Positions 26,226-38,658 of a stretch of DNA of 64,000 bases are shown here, piece by piece (positions within the stretch are counted from its first letter, which is position 1; every line of letters starts with the position of its first letter). Source of the DNA: Octopus sinensis (lineage: Eukaryota); the NCBI RefSeq assembly GCF_006345805.1, contig NC_042998.1:51708001-51772000 (forward strand), read 5' to 3'. The position numbers were made by a program, and so were the translations under genes. The notes under the pieces were generated by a model. It saw only the letters and a list, made by a program, of their open reading frames with translations. It was not told the origin of the DNA and did not search any database.

Positions 26226-27214
26226 GAATTGCAATTTACATGAATTTTAGTCCTTCAAATTGTGTATATCTATTTATATATGTGTGTGTATTCCAAACAT
26301 CAAAAACACAAAGTTCAGGCAGAAAAAAATCCCAGTTAATTTGGAAAGAGTATTCACGATTGAAGAACATCCAGCTGATGCTGTTTGTGTCAATATGGTA
26401 TTTTAAACGAGGAAAACAAAACTCTCTGTTCACTATAAGAACCAGCATAAAAGACGAGGGGAAACATGTACGTGGACGTTTTAATATACTAGAAATAGAA
26501 GTCATATCCTAAAAAAAAAAAAAATGAAGGACCTACTAGTATTACATAGTGTAGACTTAATATATTTAGTACTAAATAACAGTCTCTACTCGATCAGAAA
26601 TGAACAGACCTCAGCGTTATCACAATTGTTAAAATATAAAGTGCAAATTAAGAGTAAACTGCATGAAAAAAAATTGAAGTCAGTATTATTAAAGAATAAA
26701 ATTAAAAGCTGTTGTAAAACCTGCTGTAAATTCTAGATATATAAACAAGAGAACCACTCCTAGAGTCATTGGCACGTTATACTGATGATATAAGTACCAT
26801 ATTTGGAGATAACCCTGCATATTGCGAAAGGATATGATACATTGATTGTTGGAATTCCTTACATTAATAAACATAACTTCTTACATTGACACAAGGTCAC
26901 ATATTAGGAGGGATGGGGGTGAAATCGACCCCAAGAAGGCACTTCATTGATACTGACTTAGAAAAAAACCTTCGGGACGAGACAATACCGTATTTTTGTG
27001 GTAAGACGATGCACCGAATACCTACTACATTATCCAATGTGTCCTTCCTTTTAAGACGATAAGGGTGTGATTTGAGGGAGATGCTATTTTTACCACGTAC
27101 AGGAAAACCCCGTTGACTCCATAAGTACTTCTGGGATTTGAACTTAAACGTAAATGTTAACCAGTATTCTAATTTCGCCAGAAACTCGTCAGCATTGTTT
27201 CTTATACAATGTGT

Positions 27215-27623
27215 TAAGTATATACATATACATATGTACACACTATATATATATATATATATACACACATACATTATATACATATGTACACTATATATAC
27301 ACATACATTATATACATGTGTACACTATATATACACATACATTATATACATGTGTACACTATATATACACACTATATATATATATATACATACATATGTA
27401 CACTATATATATACACACACATGTACACTATATATATACACACACATGTACACACTATATATATATATATATACATACATATGTACACTATATATATACA
27501 CACATACATTATATACATATGTACACTATATATATACACACACACATGTACACACTATATATATACACACACACATGTACACACTATATATATATATACA
27601 CATATACATTATATACATATGTA

Positions 27624-27660
<37 letters not shown>

Positions 27661-27815
27661 CACATTACATACATATGTACATTATACACATTAAATACAT
27701 ATGTACACTATATATATATATATTCACACATATTACATACATATGTACATTATACACATATGTACACACACTATATATATATGTGTGTACACACTGTATA
27801 CACACACACGTATGT
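27215..27815. repeat. Compound TA/CA minisatellite built from ACATATGTACACTATATATATAC-like units
   Basis: About 600 bp of near-continuous purine-pyrimidine alternation with recurring catatgtacac cores. Confidence 0.9.
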
Positions 27816-29858
27816 CTTCTAGATTAAGACTAAACAATTAGGAGAGAAACGTTTGTTTCCATATAATGCAAAAAAAAAAAATTAAAAGACTGAAGTGATA
27901 ATTATATGAACTACAATTAATAAACATGATTACACTACATACAGATAACTTATTTCAACTGAAACCAGTTATCTTTTCGAGAGAAAAAAAAAGACAATAA
28001 AAGGAGATTATGAATATTGATCGCATATATCGAGTGACATTAGGTTAACATGCTGTTTAACTGAGGAATGAATAGATTTAATGACCAACAACAGTTGTTA
28101 TTTACCCTCTGATCAGCTTCCGAACAAGCGGCGATATGATCAGTTATTTGCCGTAGTTAGGAAACTATCCCGTATCTTTTATTACTTTTCTAAGGTTACA
28201 ATTTCCAATAAGTGGGGTGGGTTTTTTTCTTTTTGGCCTTTTTTACGAAGGAGTGTGTTGCGGGCGAAATTTACACTGTTGTTTCTAACAACAAGTCGAA
28301 ACGTCTGTTCCAACAACGCATAACAGACTCGCTAAACTGAGCGGAATAGGGTGCTAACCGAAATAGTTAAGTCTCTCAGAATTTCCCTGGGAAAAAAAGT
28401 TAACAGGGAAATCGAACAGGGGAGTCGCTGACCGACATCACGGGCTGGAAAGTACATTGCAATGCTGATAAATACTCGAGAGGCCGGTCAAACTGACCGT
28501 TAGCAGCAACAGAAAACATCAATAATAGTATTAGCTCACACAGTATAAGGCCAGCCGTGGGCAATCTGCTAAATGGCACGCCTAACGAAAAAACTACTTA
28601 GAAATTGTTTAGTAGTGTGGCCACCCTGATTGATGATGAGCCATGTCTCACGAGGACCGCTTCTCGAAAAAGAATTTCCCGTATCTGGTTTTTAGACAAA
28701 CTGGGTACGACATTTATTGAAACATGTTTTAAATCTACCAAAACATCTGCGTATGATAATTGTTCCTAAACATAGGCATAGTCGCAGTTTCTCTGAGTGT
28801 ACACTGATTCACAATCGAGGATAAAAGCTCTATGACGAAAAAAAATAAAAACCAATGAAGACTCCTCGTATATGTCCGAGAAAAACTTCAAGAAATAGAG
28901 AAAAAGATTAAACAAGCGAATCAGCAGGTTTGGAATAAAACCAAAAAAAATTTTTAAGGCTAAGGAAGCATCGAGAACAGGTTATATGTCAGTAATGTCG
29001 GATAGACAAAAAACCTAACCAGATGTTATAGGAAATGACTGGGATGGAAATACCCAAGACAGTGATAGCCGGATAGCCGCCACCAGGAGAAGCAGGAGAG
29101 AACCAACCAAGAGCAACCTAGAGACATTTTAGAAAGCAACTGAAACCAAGGAGGGGGGTGGAGAACTAAGAATCCTAATAGCCGATCCTTCTTCCACTTT
29201 TGCTTTCAGTCAAACAATCCACACACACAAAACGAAAGGGAAATGTGACAGGTAAAGAACCATAAGGACGGTGGAAGAATTTTATTATTATTATTATTGT
29301 GATTATCATCATCAATTAACAGCTAATGAAAAACTTAGTTGAAATATAAATTGAACAGAAAACAACCACACAAATAATAATATCTGTTCGTTCTATGAAA
29401 ATGGTAAAAACCTGGCCTTGATTGGGAAAAGTGGGGGGGGGGGCACTAAATATAGTTATTTTGTTAGTGTTTAGTAGCTGACTTGCTGGAACGAAGTACT
29501 TACTACTACTGCTATTACAACATTACAGACAACTACCAGCAGTGTGGCACGCAGACAACTCCTAATTTGAACACATTCCTTCCTGCCAACTTTCATACGA
29601 TACCAACAGGCAAAAAAACATTGCACTGTAGTCGAATTGAGAAAAAGACGAAACAAAACAAAAAAAAATCACCATATATATATATATTTATATATATAGC
29701 CGAATAACAATGTCCTTTATACATTCTGTAAATTTTTTTCTCCGATGTTCCTTTAGAGTGGCTAAACTCCTAAATCGTGTCAACTGATAAAGCGTTAAGA
29801 TCTGTCATTCCTCACAACCACCCACCACATCGGATATCAAGAAGAAAAAAAACTTTTT

Positions 29859-29864
<6 letters not shown>

Positions 29865-29937
<73 letters not shown>
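29865..29937. repeat. (TA)n microsatellite (representative)
   Basis: Pure TA run. Others at ~2530-2570, 10680-10730, 22848-22882, 24965-25056, 33120-33280, 36570-36625, 46520-46650, 55612-55850. Confidence 0.95.
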
Positions 29938-29940
<3 letters not shown>

Positions 29941-32006
29941 GCTGTAATTATCGTGGTCAGAGGACACATGTATATATACATACACGTCCAGATTACCTAT
30001 AGCTACATAACGGTAAAAATGTTAGAGAGAATTGCCGGCTTACACGACACTTAGGTCTCCAACACAATCACTCCATATGTTTGAGAAAGTTAACATGGCC
30101 TACAGCTATTGTTGACGAAGCACTACAGAATACCAACTCCAAATCCGTGCCCTCTCAATTAGTTTTACTAAATAATGTAAATTTACGGTTAGGTTTTACG
30201 AATTTTAACTTCTGAGTAGTCTTTTTTTTTTTAATAAAACAAGCAGCTGTGTGGTTTTAATATCCACTGCCATGAAGAAAATCTGGCCAACTTTGACAAA
30301 GATTTGTCAAAATGCCCTCCAAGAAGAATAAAAAGGATATGGAAGGAAGACTGCGGGACACATTACACAGGATACTAATATAACAAACAACCATTGGGGG
30401 TAGCTCAGCAAGAAGCGAGCAACACCATCTGATGACAAATAGTAGCGAAAGAAAGACAGAGTAAGAGACAGTGAGAGAACAAAAGAGCATCTTGGGTAGT
30501 CTTAAATATGGCTACCCACAGTGTACCACTGGCTTTTCATGAGTGTTATCTTGAAAGGGAAATTACTAGTAGTCCTAGAAAATTTACAAGGTAACAGGGC
30601 AGGCAAGACAAGAAGCTGACACGAACACACTAGCTGGCTTTTTTTTTTTTTTTTTTTTGCTTTTTTTCATTGTACTTCAAACTCTTCAGTGAGAATTGAG
30701 CGAACCATAAGCATAAACAGTAATAATGGACAAGTAACTCGATCACATTTTTTTAAGACTCCCATTGATTAACTGATAAAATAAAGAGAAGAAAAATTGC
30801 TCCCAAAATATGTTCAGTCGTTCGTAAGAAATGATCAGATTGTAGATGAAGGTTTTAACTTGCTCGTTCAATTAATAAGAATATTTCATTCACTGACGAT
30901 TTACAATTTACCGCAGTTCGAAATACAAGATAACCTTATTTAGATACCAAATAGCTAGAAGTCTACATACAACCTCGTTCCAACTCAGTATTTACAGTGA
31001 ATTTCCCTCAAGTTTTTTATCATCAGCAGTTACAATTAAATGATTACGCACATAGTTCTTTTTTTTCCCCACCAGCTTTATTTAATATAGCCACTTTTTA
31101 AAAAGATTAGTGAATTATTTAAGAGGATTGATACATTTAAATCAACAGTGTGTGAGACTCGTAAGCTTTACTGCATAACGTCTGTGATGTATAATCTATC
31201 CATCGAAGTCCTCGATCGATGATGGTGTAATATCCATTAAATAAAATAAATAAATATATAAAAACTCAAATACATGGAAGTGTACAGCAAAAATAAATTA
31301 CAAGTTTTATATATTCAATCAGTGATAACTAACTAATGGATAAAACTTTTAAAGTCGTCGTCTACTAACCAGCTGTTTTCTTACGAGTCTCGAAGAATCG
31401 AGAAAACAAAACTGTGTTCAATATATCAGTTATTAATACTGTTAATAAGATTATATTGAACTTCCTAGAAACAGTATCTGATATTAGAAATAACATATAT
31501 ATATATATATATATATATGGTACTATATTGTACATGTATATATATGGTACTATATGGTATATATATATATATATATCGCTCAACTTATATTCAAACTTAA
31601 ATTAGTAAAACTTTCTTTGTACAATACCACTTGTAATTTATAAAAGAAAATGTTCGAACTTTTCGTGAAACTAGTAAGAGAATATTTTCGTTATTTAGTT
31701 CATTTTATAGCGCTGCGTCAAAAAAAAACTTAAAGAAAAGGAAAAAAAGTTAAAGCAAGTAACCTCACTCACTAATGTTTTCAAAAACCTACAGACTAAG
31801 ATAGTTTCTTTTTTTTTGTTAAAAAAAAGGGGGAAACAAAAAAACATTCCATGAATTCGAACCAAGAATCTGTCAATTCAATGAAATGTGATGGAGTGTT
31901 ATACCCCTACCACCACCGTTACTTCATCATCTACCTAGTTTGATACTAAAATGTATGTAACGGAATAAAATATGGGATATAACAGAGTCAAGACCCTTCT
32001 TCTTAC

Positions 32007-32132
32007 CTTATTTCTTGCATACTCCTCAAGTGTTTTTAAAGCAGAATCAGTAAGTTTCAAATGAATGATTGTTTTGTCGCCTTCATTGCGGGAAGACAAT
32101 CCATATTGTTGTCTTTCCTCCAACGCGGCCAT
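32007..32132 (-). CDS. ELL: RNA polymerase II elongation factor ELL, coding exon 1 (42 aa, phase-0 intron follows)
   Basis: Translates MAALEERQQYGLSSRNEGDKTIIHLKLTDSALKTLEEYARNK. This matches the ELL/ELL2 N-terminal pattern MAAL..YGLS..HxKLTDSAL (recalled, not searched). Strong start context agcaaaaATGG; canonical donor AAG|GTAAGA at 32007/32006. The ORF-track residues after K42 are intronic read-through. Confidence 0.9.
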
Positions 32133-32275
32133 TTTTGCTATGTTTTACCTTTAACCTCGCTTTGCAACAGCAGCAGCAGCAGCTCGCTTGAAGCGACCAA
32201 TCAGCTAGCATCAGATGACCGTTGACCTCGTTGATGATGAAAGCAGATGAATAATTCTGATTGACCAATCAACAA
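32133..32275 (-). promoter_or_regulatory. ELL 5'UTR/proximal promoter with two CCAAT (NF-Y-type) boxes and a (CAG)5/(CTG)5 tract
   Basis: GACCAATCAG at 32195-32204 and GACCAATCAA at 32263-32272 (reverse orientation relative to ELL); (CAG)5 at 32168-32182; CpG-retaining context. TSS cannot be placed from sequence. Confidence 0.55.
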
Positions 32276-33117
32276 CTTCGTTACACAAAAATTCGTCGTT
32301 GCTAAATTGTTTTCTTCTTTCTATCTCCTATCTGTCTTGTTTAGGCTTCAATACTTTCTTATTTTAATTTTATACGCCTGAGAACGAGGAGCTTAAATTT
32401 GTCAAATACAATAGAGCAACGAACAATTAATCTTTGTTGTGTTTAGTCAAGTTGGAAAATTTTTAGATATTTCCCTGATCATATCCTGTTAAGTTCGATT
32501 GCATTTCATTCATCTGGGGTCGATAAAATAAGTACAGTAATATAGCAGAATTAACAAAGAAATAGTTTTGTAGTTTTCTACTTATACTAAAAATAACTTC
32601 TATGCTATTGAAATATATATATATAAATATATTTATAGATAAATTTTGAGCTACAATACATCGGATATATGACATATGGGGTGGAAGAGATGTGATTGTT
32701 GATTTAATTACAAGAAAATTTAAAGAACCACACATGGGAAGTAAAATAACTTCAACCGAAAATTCACTTTCAGTTGCCTATCGAAGATATATTGAAAATT
32801 AAGATGGACCAATTACTAAGTATTAGAAAGTAATTGTTGATTTCTAACTTCCACAATAAGACCAGCTTTTTGTTTAATTAATGTATCATATTTTAGTGCG
32901 GGATATTTTATCTGAAGACCATTAAATCAATTTGGAATATTACTGGGATGTATCATATTATACAGCAATACCTACTTTTGTTTTACAATATATATTTATA
33001 TATATTGGTAGGGACTTCGTATTTCGTTTAACAACCTTAATATACTGTCAAGTATAAAGGTACATGAGTCAATAGAAAATCTGTAGAGATACACTTCAAA
33101 AGTAAACACATACATAC

Positions 33118-33162
<45 letters not shown>

Positions 33163-33766
33163 CATACATACATACTTACATACATACATATATATGTATA
33201 TATATATATATATATATATACATACATACATACATACATACTTACATACATATATATGTATATATATATATATATACATATAACATACGCACACACACCA
33301 CATGCATACATACATTACATATATATAATACATTATATGTATGTATATATATTTATGTGTGTGTGTGTACATTCTCCGAAATATTGATTTCAAGAAAAAG
33401 CACGAGTCTTCACGTTTATACCGGAGTGAAAATGAAAATACGTCTTGACTGATAACCGTTTTCAAGGACATAAAAAAAAATAACAATAAATCATTATATT
33501 TATGTAAATTACATTTCCTTATTATCGTTTTTAACAGACGAATAAATTTATTCTCGACAAAAACTGTTATGTCACTTATGACTGTATTCCTGGTATTAGT
33601 AAAGAAACGTGATTAAATTGAACGTGACCATTTTTAACTATCGTGCAAGTGAAATTAGAATATGTTCCTGTTTCGTTCCCGGTAATGACGTAGCCCACGC
33701 AAACAACCAATCCGTAGTAAGAATTTGTGTGTGTGTGTGTGTGTACACCCACACATACATAGACAT

Positions 33767-34127
33767 ATCTTTTACATGTTTCAGTCATTAAACTACGGCC
33801 ATGCTGGGGCACCGCCTTGAAGAAATTTTAGGTGAATGAATCGACCCGAAGACTTTTTTTTAAGTCTAGTACGTATTCTATCGGTCGCTCTTGCCGAATT
33901 GCTAAGTTATTGGGACGTAAACACACCAACACCGGTTGTTAAGCGGTGGTGTGTGTGGGGGGGACAAACAGACACACACACATATATATACGACGGGCTT
34001 CCTTCAGTTTCCGTCAACCAAATCCACTCGAGGCTTTGGTCAGCTCAAGGCTATAGTAGAAAACATTTGCCTAAGGTGTCACAGTGAAACTGAGCCTAGA
34101 ACCATATGGTTGGGAAGCAAGCTTCTT
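33767..34127 (-). mobile_element. SINE family A copy
   Basis: Reverse complement of family A. Further partial copies at ~36060-36290(-), 37410-37600(-), 37997-38152(-), 46380-46515(-), 58167-58290(+), 59455-59625(-), 62580-62735(-). Confidence 0.75.
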
Positions 34128-34795
34128 TATTTTATGAAGTTGGCCATGAAGGCCATACATAAAGGGGACAAAAAAAAAAACGAATGGAAAGGATGAATTT
34201 AAATATAATGAAAGATGAAATGAAGCCATTTGACCCCACCTCCGAGCGACTTCATTAAACCTATTAATATTAACTTTTTTTTAGATAACATTAACAGTAC
34301 CATTTGTAACGGCAAATTCTCATTTTTTTGGAGAATACCTATATAAATTTATAATAACCTTTTTTGGCATTGCAATGATGTCCATTTTCTTGACCCACCA
34401 GGCAAAGTTGATATCTTCCTCGTAATTCGTTAATCATTATTCCGGGTCTGCCACTGCACACCAAACGTCCCCAGGCACTACCCTTATTACACCCACTTCT
34501 ATTACTTTGTCTCATGTCTTTATCTCATTGTAAAGTTCTTTTTTCCTATTATACAATATAACAAATTTATCCAAGGGCCAAGGTGGGGAAATTTGGGGCT
34601 CCTGTGTGTTTATGTCTGGCAGGGTATGGGGAGAGTTGGTGTCTGTAGGGAGTGGTTGGGGTAGAATGGGTGCGGGCGGGAGCCAGGTGGGTGTGAGTTG
34701 GGGGATCGTCCTTTACCACAAGTGTCCTCTTTCTCCTCTTCCTTCTCTTTTTTCCCCACCGTTTCCCTGCTGGTGTTCACCCCCTCTTACTTGAT

Positions 34796-35683
34796 TCAGG
34801 TACTGGTCTTTGTCTGTGATGTTGCTTCACTCTCCTTCTTGTGCTTTTCTTCAGCCTCCATGAGCAGTGGAGCACCAACCACTTTCTCACTCTCTTGCCT
34901 TTCCTTAGCCTTCACAGGTGGTGGAGGACAATCCACACTAATGTGGCCTTTCAGGTCACATTTATAGCACCACAGAATCCTCCCTTCCACTTTGACTTTC
35001 AGTGTCATGTCTGTGACTGTAATTGTCTCCACCATACTTTCAATATCATCTGGGGCAACCTGTACCACCATATCCAGACTCTGCCCATGCCAGTTTCTGC
35101 AGGGTGTTCTGGTGGCCTTTTCTTCCATGCCTGGCAGTATAGCAGCCACCAACCAGGCTACATTCACTTCTGGAAGTATGACTTCTACCCTAACCCTGGA
35201 AGCATGTCTCCCAAGATATATGGGTAGAAGCACCACTTCTTCAGTTTTTAATGGTGTAGCTGAGTGCAATTTGGCAGTAGCTATATATCGAAACTGCACC
35301 TCCACCATTCTGTACTTTCTTCCCTTGGCAAGGTATGAAATCTCTTGCCAGACTGGTCTCAGTGCCTTTTCAACATGTGCGTCTGACACTACTTCTATTT
35401 TTCTTGTTACCACTGCGTATGTCCTGTAAACAATTGTCCTCTCATTCTTATCCTTTAACACTTCTTTGAAGGGGGGGGGACACTTTCACATCATCCCCTC
35501 CTTTTTGAGTATTTCCTTGAACTTGCTCAATTCTTTTAGACATATGTCTTCCATTTTCCCTTTTGTTGCTGCAGCATAATTCCTTGTTTCCATTACTTCA
35601 TTAGTTTTCTTTAAACATTTTACCATTTCTTTCTCAGATGACACAAAGTCTGAAGAAGAATAATTCAAATCTTCACAACTCAT
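34796..35683 (-). pseudogene. Non-LTR retrotransposon ORF1-like (Gag-like) protein with CCHC zinc knuckle; one in-frame TGA; no ORF2
   Basis: ORF-track entries 35486..35686 and 34796..35461 are in the same frame, separated by a single TGA at 35486-35488. YAAA motif near the N-terminus; CYKCDLKGHISVDC (C-X2-C-X4-H-X4-C) at 34928-34969 preceded by VKVEGR. A degenerate Pro-rich continuation runs to ~34560. Confidence 0.7.
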
Positions 35684-36569
35684 CACATGACGCCCCTTCC
35701 ATTAAACAAGAGGGAAAACATCGCACCGCTAAAACAGTACAAAAACATGTGTGTTACACACAAAGACAATAATTCGACTACCAAATGATATACCAGAAGC
35801 AAGCTTTTAACCACACAAACAGGCTTGCGCCCATATATATATATATATAGAGAGAGAGAGAAAGAGAACAAAGTGTACGTATGCCGCTATATATATATAT
35901 ATAATAAAATACAAAATAGGACAAGAATGCAAAACATCCAGATAGATGATACAAAAAAACACGGAGGGTCATTCGAAGCCTTTTATCTTCAGTCAAGAAC
36001 CGGATCATCCTCGCAATTTCGGCTGATTATATATGTGTGTGTCTGTGTGTGTGTATTTCTTTTATCTTTTACTCTTTTCAGTCATTAGCCTGTGGAGTTG
36101 CTGATACACGACCTTGAAGGGTTTTAGTCAAATAAATTGACTCCAATAGTCCATTTTTTAGTCTGATGCTTACTGTACCAGTCTCTATTGCCAAACTGCT
36201 AAGTGCAAGGACACAAACAACCAAACACCAGTTGTCAAGCTGTGGTGGGGGACAAACACTGGCAAAAAGATGCACATACATAATGTGTGTGTGTGTGTGT
36301 CATTATGCAGTTTTATTTCAAGATTTCATGCCTATAGAGAAAGAGCTGGTTTCTAACCTAGATCCAAAGCTCCTTCATTGGAATTTCAACATCAACAACA
36401 GGGTATTTATTTTTGTGTGGAATGTGTGTATATGTGCAGATTTGTGTGTTTTGTTTTATGTATGTCTTCTCATGCATATAGTTGCATATCTAGACATGCT
36501 CATATATACTTAAATGATAAACTTCATAAAGTTTTACAGATTTTTACAGTGTGTTACATATCCCAGAAA

Positions 36570-36615
<46 letters not shown>

Positions 36616-37609
36616 TATATATATGTATATGTGTGTGGGTGTACAGGATGTTCTGGGTAAACTTGACAATTTGCATAAGAGGAAACGAAAACAATATCCT
36701 TTCCAGAAATAGAAGTATTTTTTAAAAATCCAAAAAATATCTACTAGATTACAGTCAAGAGATAACAGTTTACTCAACGTAGTTATCCTCAGCTTCCACC
36801 ATGTCCCCAAGCTGACCCCCAGAAACTGGCATATGGATTCCTCACCGTGTTCCTAAGAAGATCTTTGGACATCTCCTTGATCATGACTACCAGCTGGGCC
36901 TTGGTAGTACAGATAACTCTTTTGCATTGTTCAGATGTCATTTATTACATCTTACTTGTCATCTTACTTCTCTCAACTACAACTTTAATGTCATCCGTGT
37001 CATCTAACTTCTCAACTACAACTTTAATCTTTATGTTCTTCGACACTGTTGACACCGTTCAAGAATTTGGATCTGGAGATCTCCATTTCCAGTGACTTCG
37101 AGGGCCACCTCCCAGTGGTGTTGGGCGTCAACGAAGAGCCCTCGACTACAACAAGACGACAAAAGTTTTTTTTTTTTCCAAGGTCTGGGGTCTCCCATCC
37201 CTAAGCTCTAGACCATCACCTAATCACCCTTACCAGTGTTGTTGCTTAACAACAACAACGACACTGTTGACTGTTCACCAAAGCATCAAGCTGTTCCAAA
37301 AAAAAAGCAACATTAAAAAAAATCATCAAATTTAGTTCAAATACTCTGTATATTTATATGAGGTTAGAAAGAAAGTCCTGTTGAGTTTTTGACACGACTC
37401 AACTACTCTTTTATTTGTTCCAGTCATTTGACTGTGGCCATGCCGAAGCACCGTCTTTAGTCGAACAAATCGACCCCAGGACTTTGTAAGGCTAGTACTT
37501 ATTCTATCAGTCTCTTTTGCCGAACTGCTAAGTTATGGGGATGCTAGCAAACCAACATCGGTTATCAAGCGATGGAGGGGGACAACCACAAGCACACAAA
37601 CATATACAA

Positions 37610-37800
37610 CTATTATATAAAATCCGTTCTGCCTGTCTGTGTGTGTGTCTTCAAGGATCTCGGGCATCCTCCATCCGATTGTGCTCAAATTTGATATGTA
37701 GATACTGACGGTATCAGGGTGTGTATAAGTCTTGAAAAAATTACAAAAATCGATTCCAGGTGAGAATGCGATCGATAAAGTGAATAAAATCGTTTTTCTT
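37610..37800. mobile_element. Helitron-like fragment (truncated)
   Basis: ctattatataaaatc, a (GT/CTGT) tract, then ccgattgtgctcaaatttg; resembles the opposite end of 6894-7280-type elements. Confidence 0.4.
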
Positions 37801-38276
37801 CGGAATAGAAGAAAGTCTATCTTTATTTTTATCTTTTGCTTGTGTTTCAAATTTAGGTTAAATCAGTGTTTCTCAAAGGGGAGGCCTATGGGACGGTTGG
37901 ACAAGTTGTTTTGAGAAAATTTGGTTTAAATGTTGACAACTCAGCACCATCTATTGGACAGGGGGCGTTTTGCTTGTATATATATATATATATATATACA
38001 ATGGGCTTCTTTCAGTTTCCGTCTACCAAATCCACTCACAAGGCTTTGGTTGGCCCGAAACTATAGTAGAAGACACTTGCCCATGGTGCCACACAGTGGG
38101 ACTGAACCCGAAACCATGTGGTTAGTAAGCAAGCTACTTACCACGCAGCCATAATTTTTGCATATTCTTTTACTCCTTTACTTGTTTCAGTCATTTGACT
38201 GTGGCCATGCTCGACACCACCTTAAATGTATATTATTTACATTCGACGGATATTTGTCCTCATCTTGTTTGCTGTT

Positions 38277-38322
38277 AACACAACCTTTTGGCTGGTATAC
38301 TCTCCAGCCTTCTTCAGGTGTC
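38277..38322 (-). ncRNA. Minimal type I hammerhead motif, family H1 (long variant, decayed)
   Basis: GACAC-CTGAAGA-A-GGCTG(gagagtatac)CAGCC-AAAA-GGTT-GTGTT. Confidence 0.55.
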
Positions 38323-38615
38323 TTGGGAAAATTTCAAACTTGGGTTTGCATTCCTAAGGTATTTTTTGGTGTTATTATTATTATTGTTCTGGTCACTGCT
38401 TGGAATCAAACTCAGAATCTTGGGGTTAGTAGCCCACACTCTTAACCACTACGCCATTATACCACGGGCATATGGCGTAGTGGTTAAGAGCGCAGGCTAC
38501 TAACCCCAAGATTCTGAGTTCGATTACAAGCAGTGACCTGAACAATGATAATGATAATAATAATAACATCAAAAAATACCTTAGGAATGCAAACCCAAGT
38601 TCGAAATTTTCCCAA

Positions 38616-38658
38616 GACACCTGATGAAGGCTGGAGGGTATATCAGCCAAAATGTGTT
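38616..38658 (+). ncRNA. Hammerhead motif H1 (short variant, 3-nt deletion at the cleavage site)
   Basis: GACAC-CTGATGA-A-GGCTG(gagggtatat)CAGCC-AAAA-TGTGTT. Confidence 0.45.

Larger units (their letters stand above)
1..32006 (-). other. ELL: Probable ELL intron 1 (or intronic region containing small exons not recognised)
   Basis: Starts at the exon-1 donor. No segment encoding the conserved P-[ST]-I-x-F-x-G, GSFDC or HLLALxPYKKPEL motifs was found by eye; filled with repeats. Confidence 0.55.

Noticed and set aside
27138-27827. Long Y/I/H/T-rich ORFs (229, 222, 136 aa) and similar ORFs at 33037-33486, 45629-46054, 55485-55916
   Set aside because: Translations of TA/CA/TG microsatellites, which lack stop codons in several frames; no protein signal.
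35955-36025. Minus-strand CTGAAGA...CGAA motif as another hammerhead
   Set aside because: No stem II pairing and GAAT instead of GAAA; at most a degenerate PLE-like tail.
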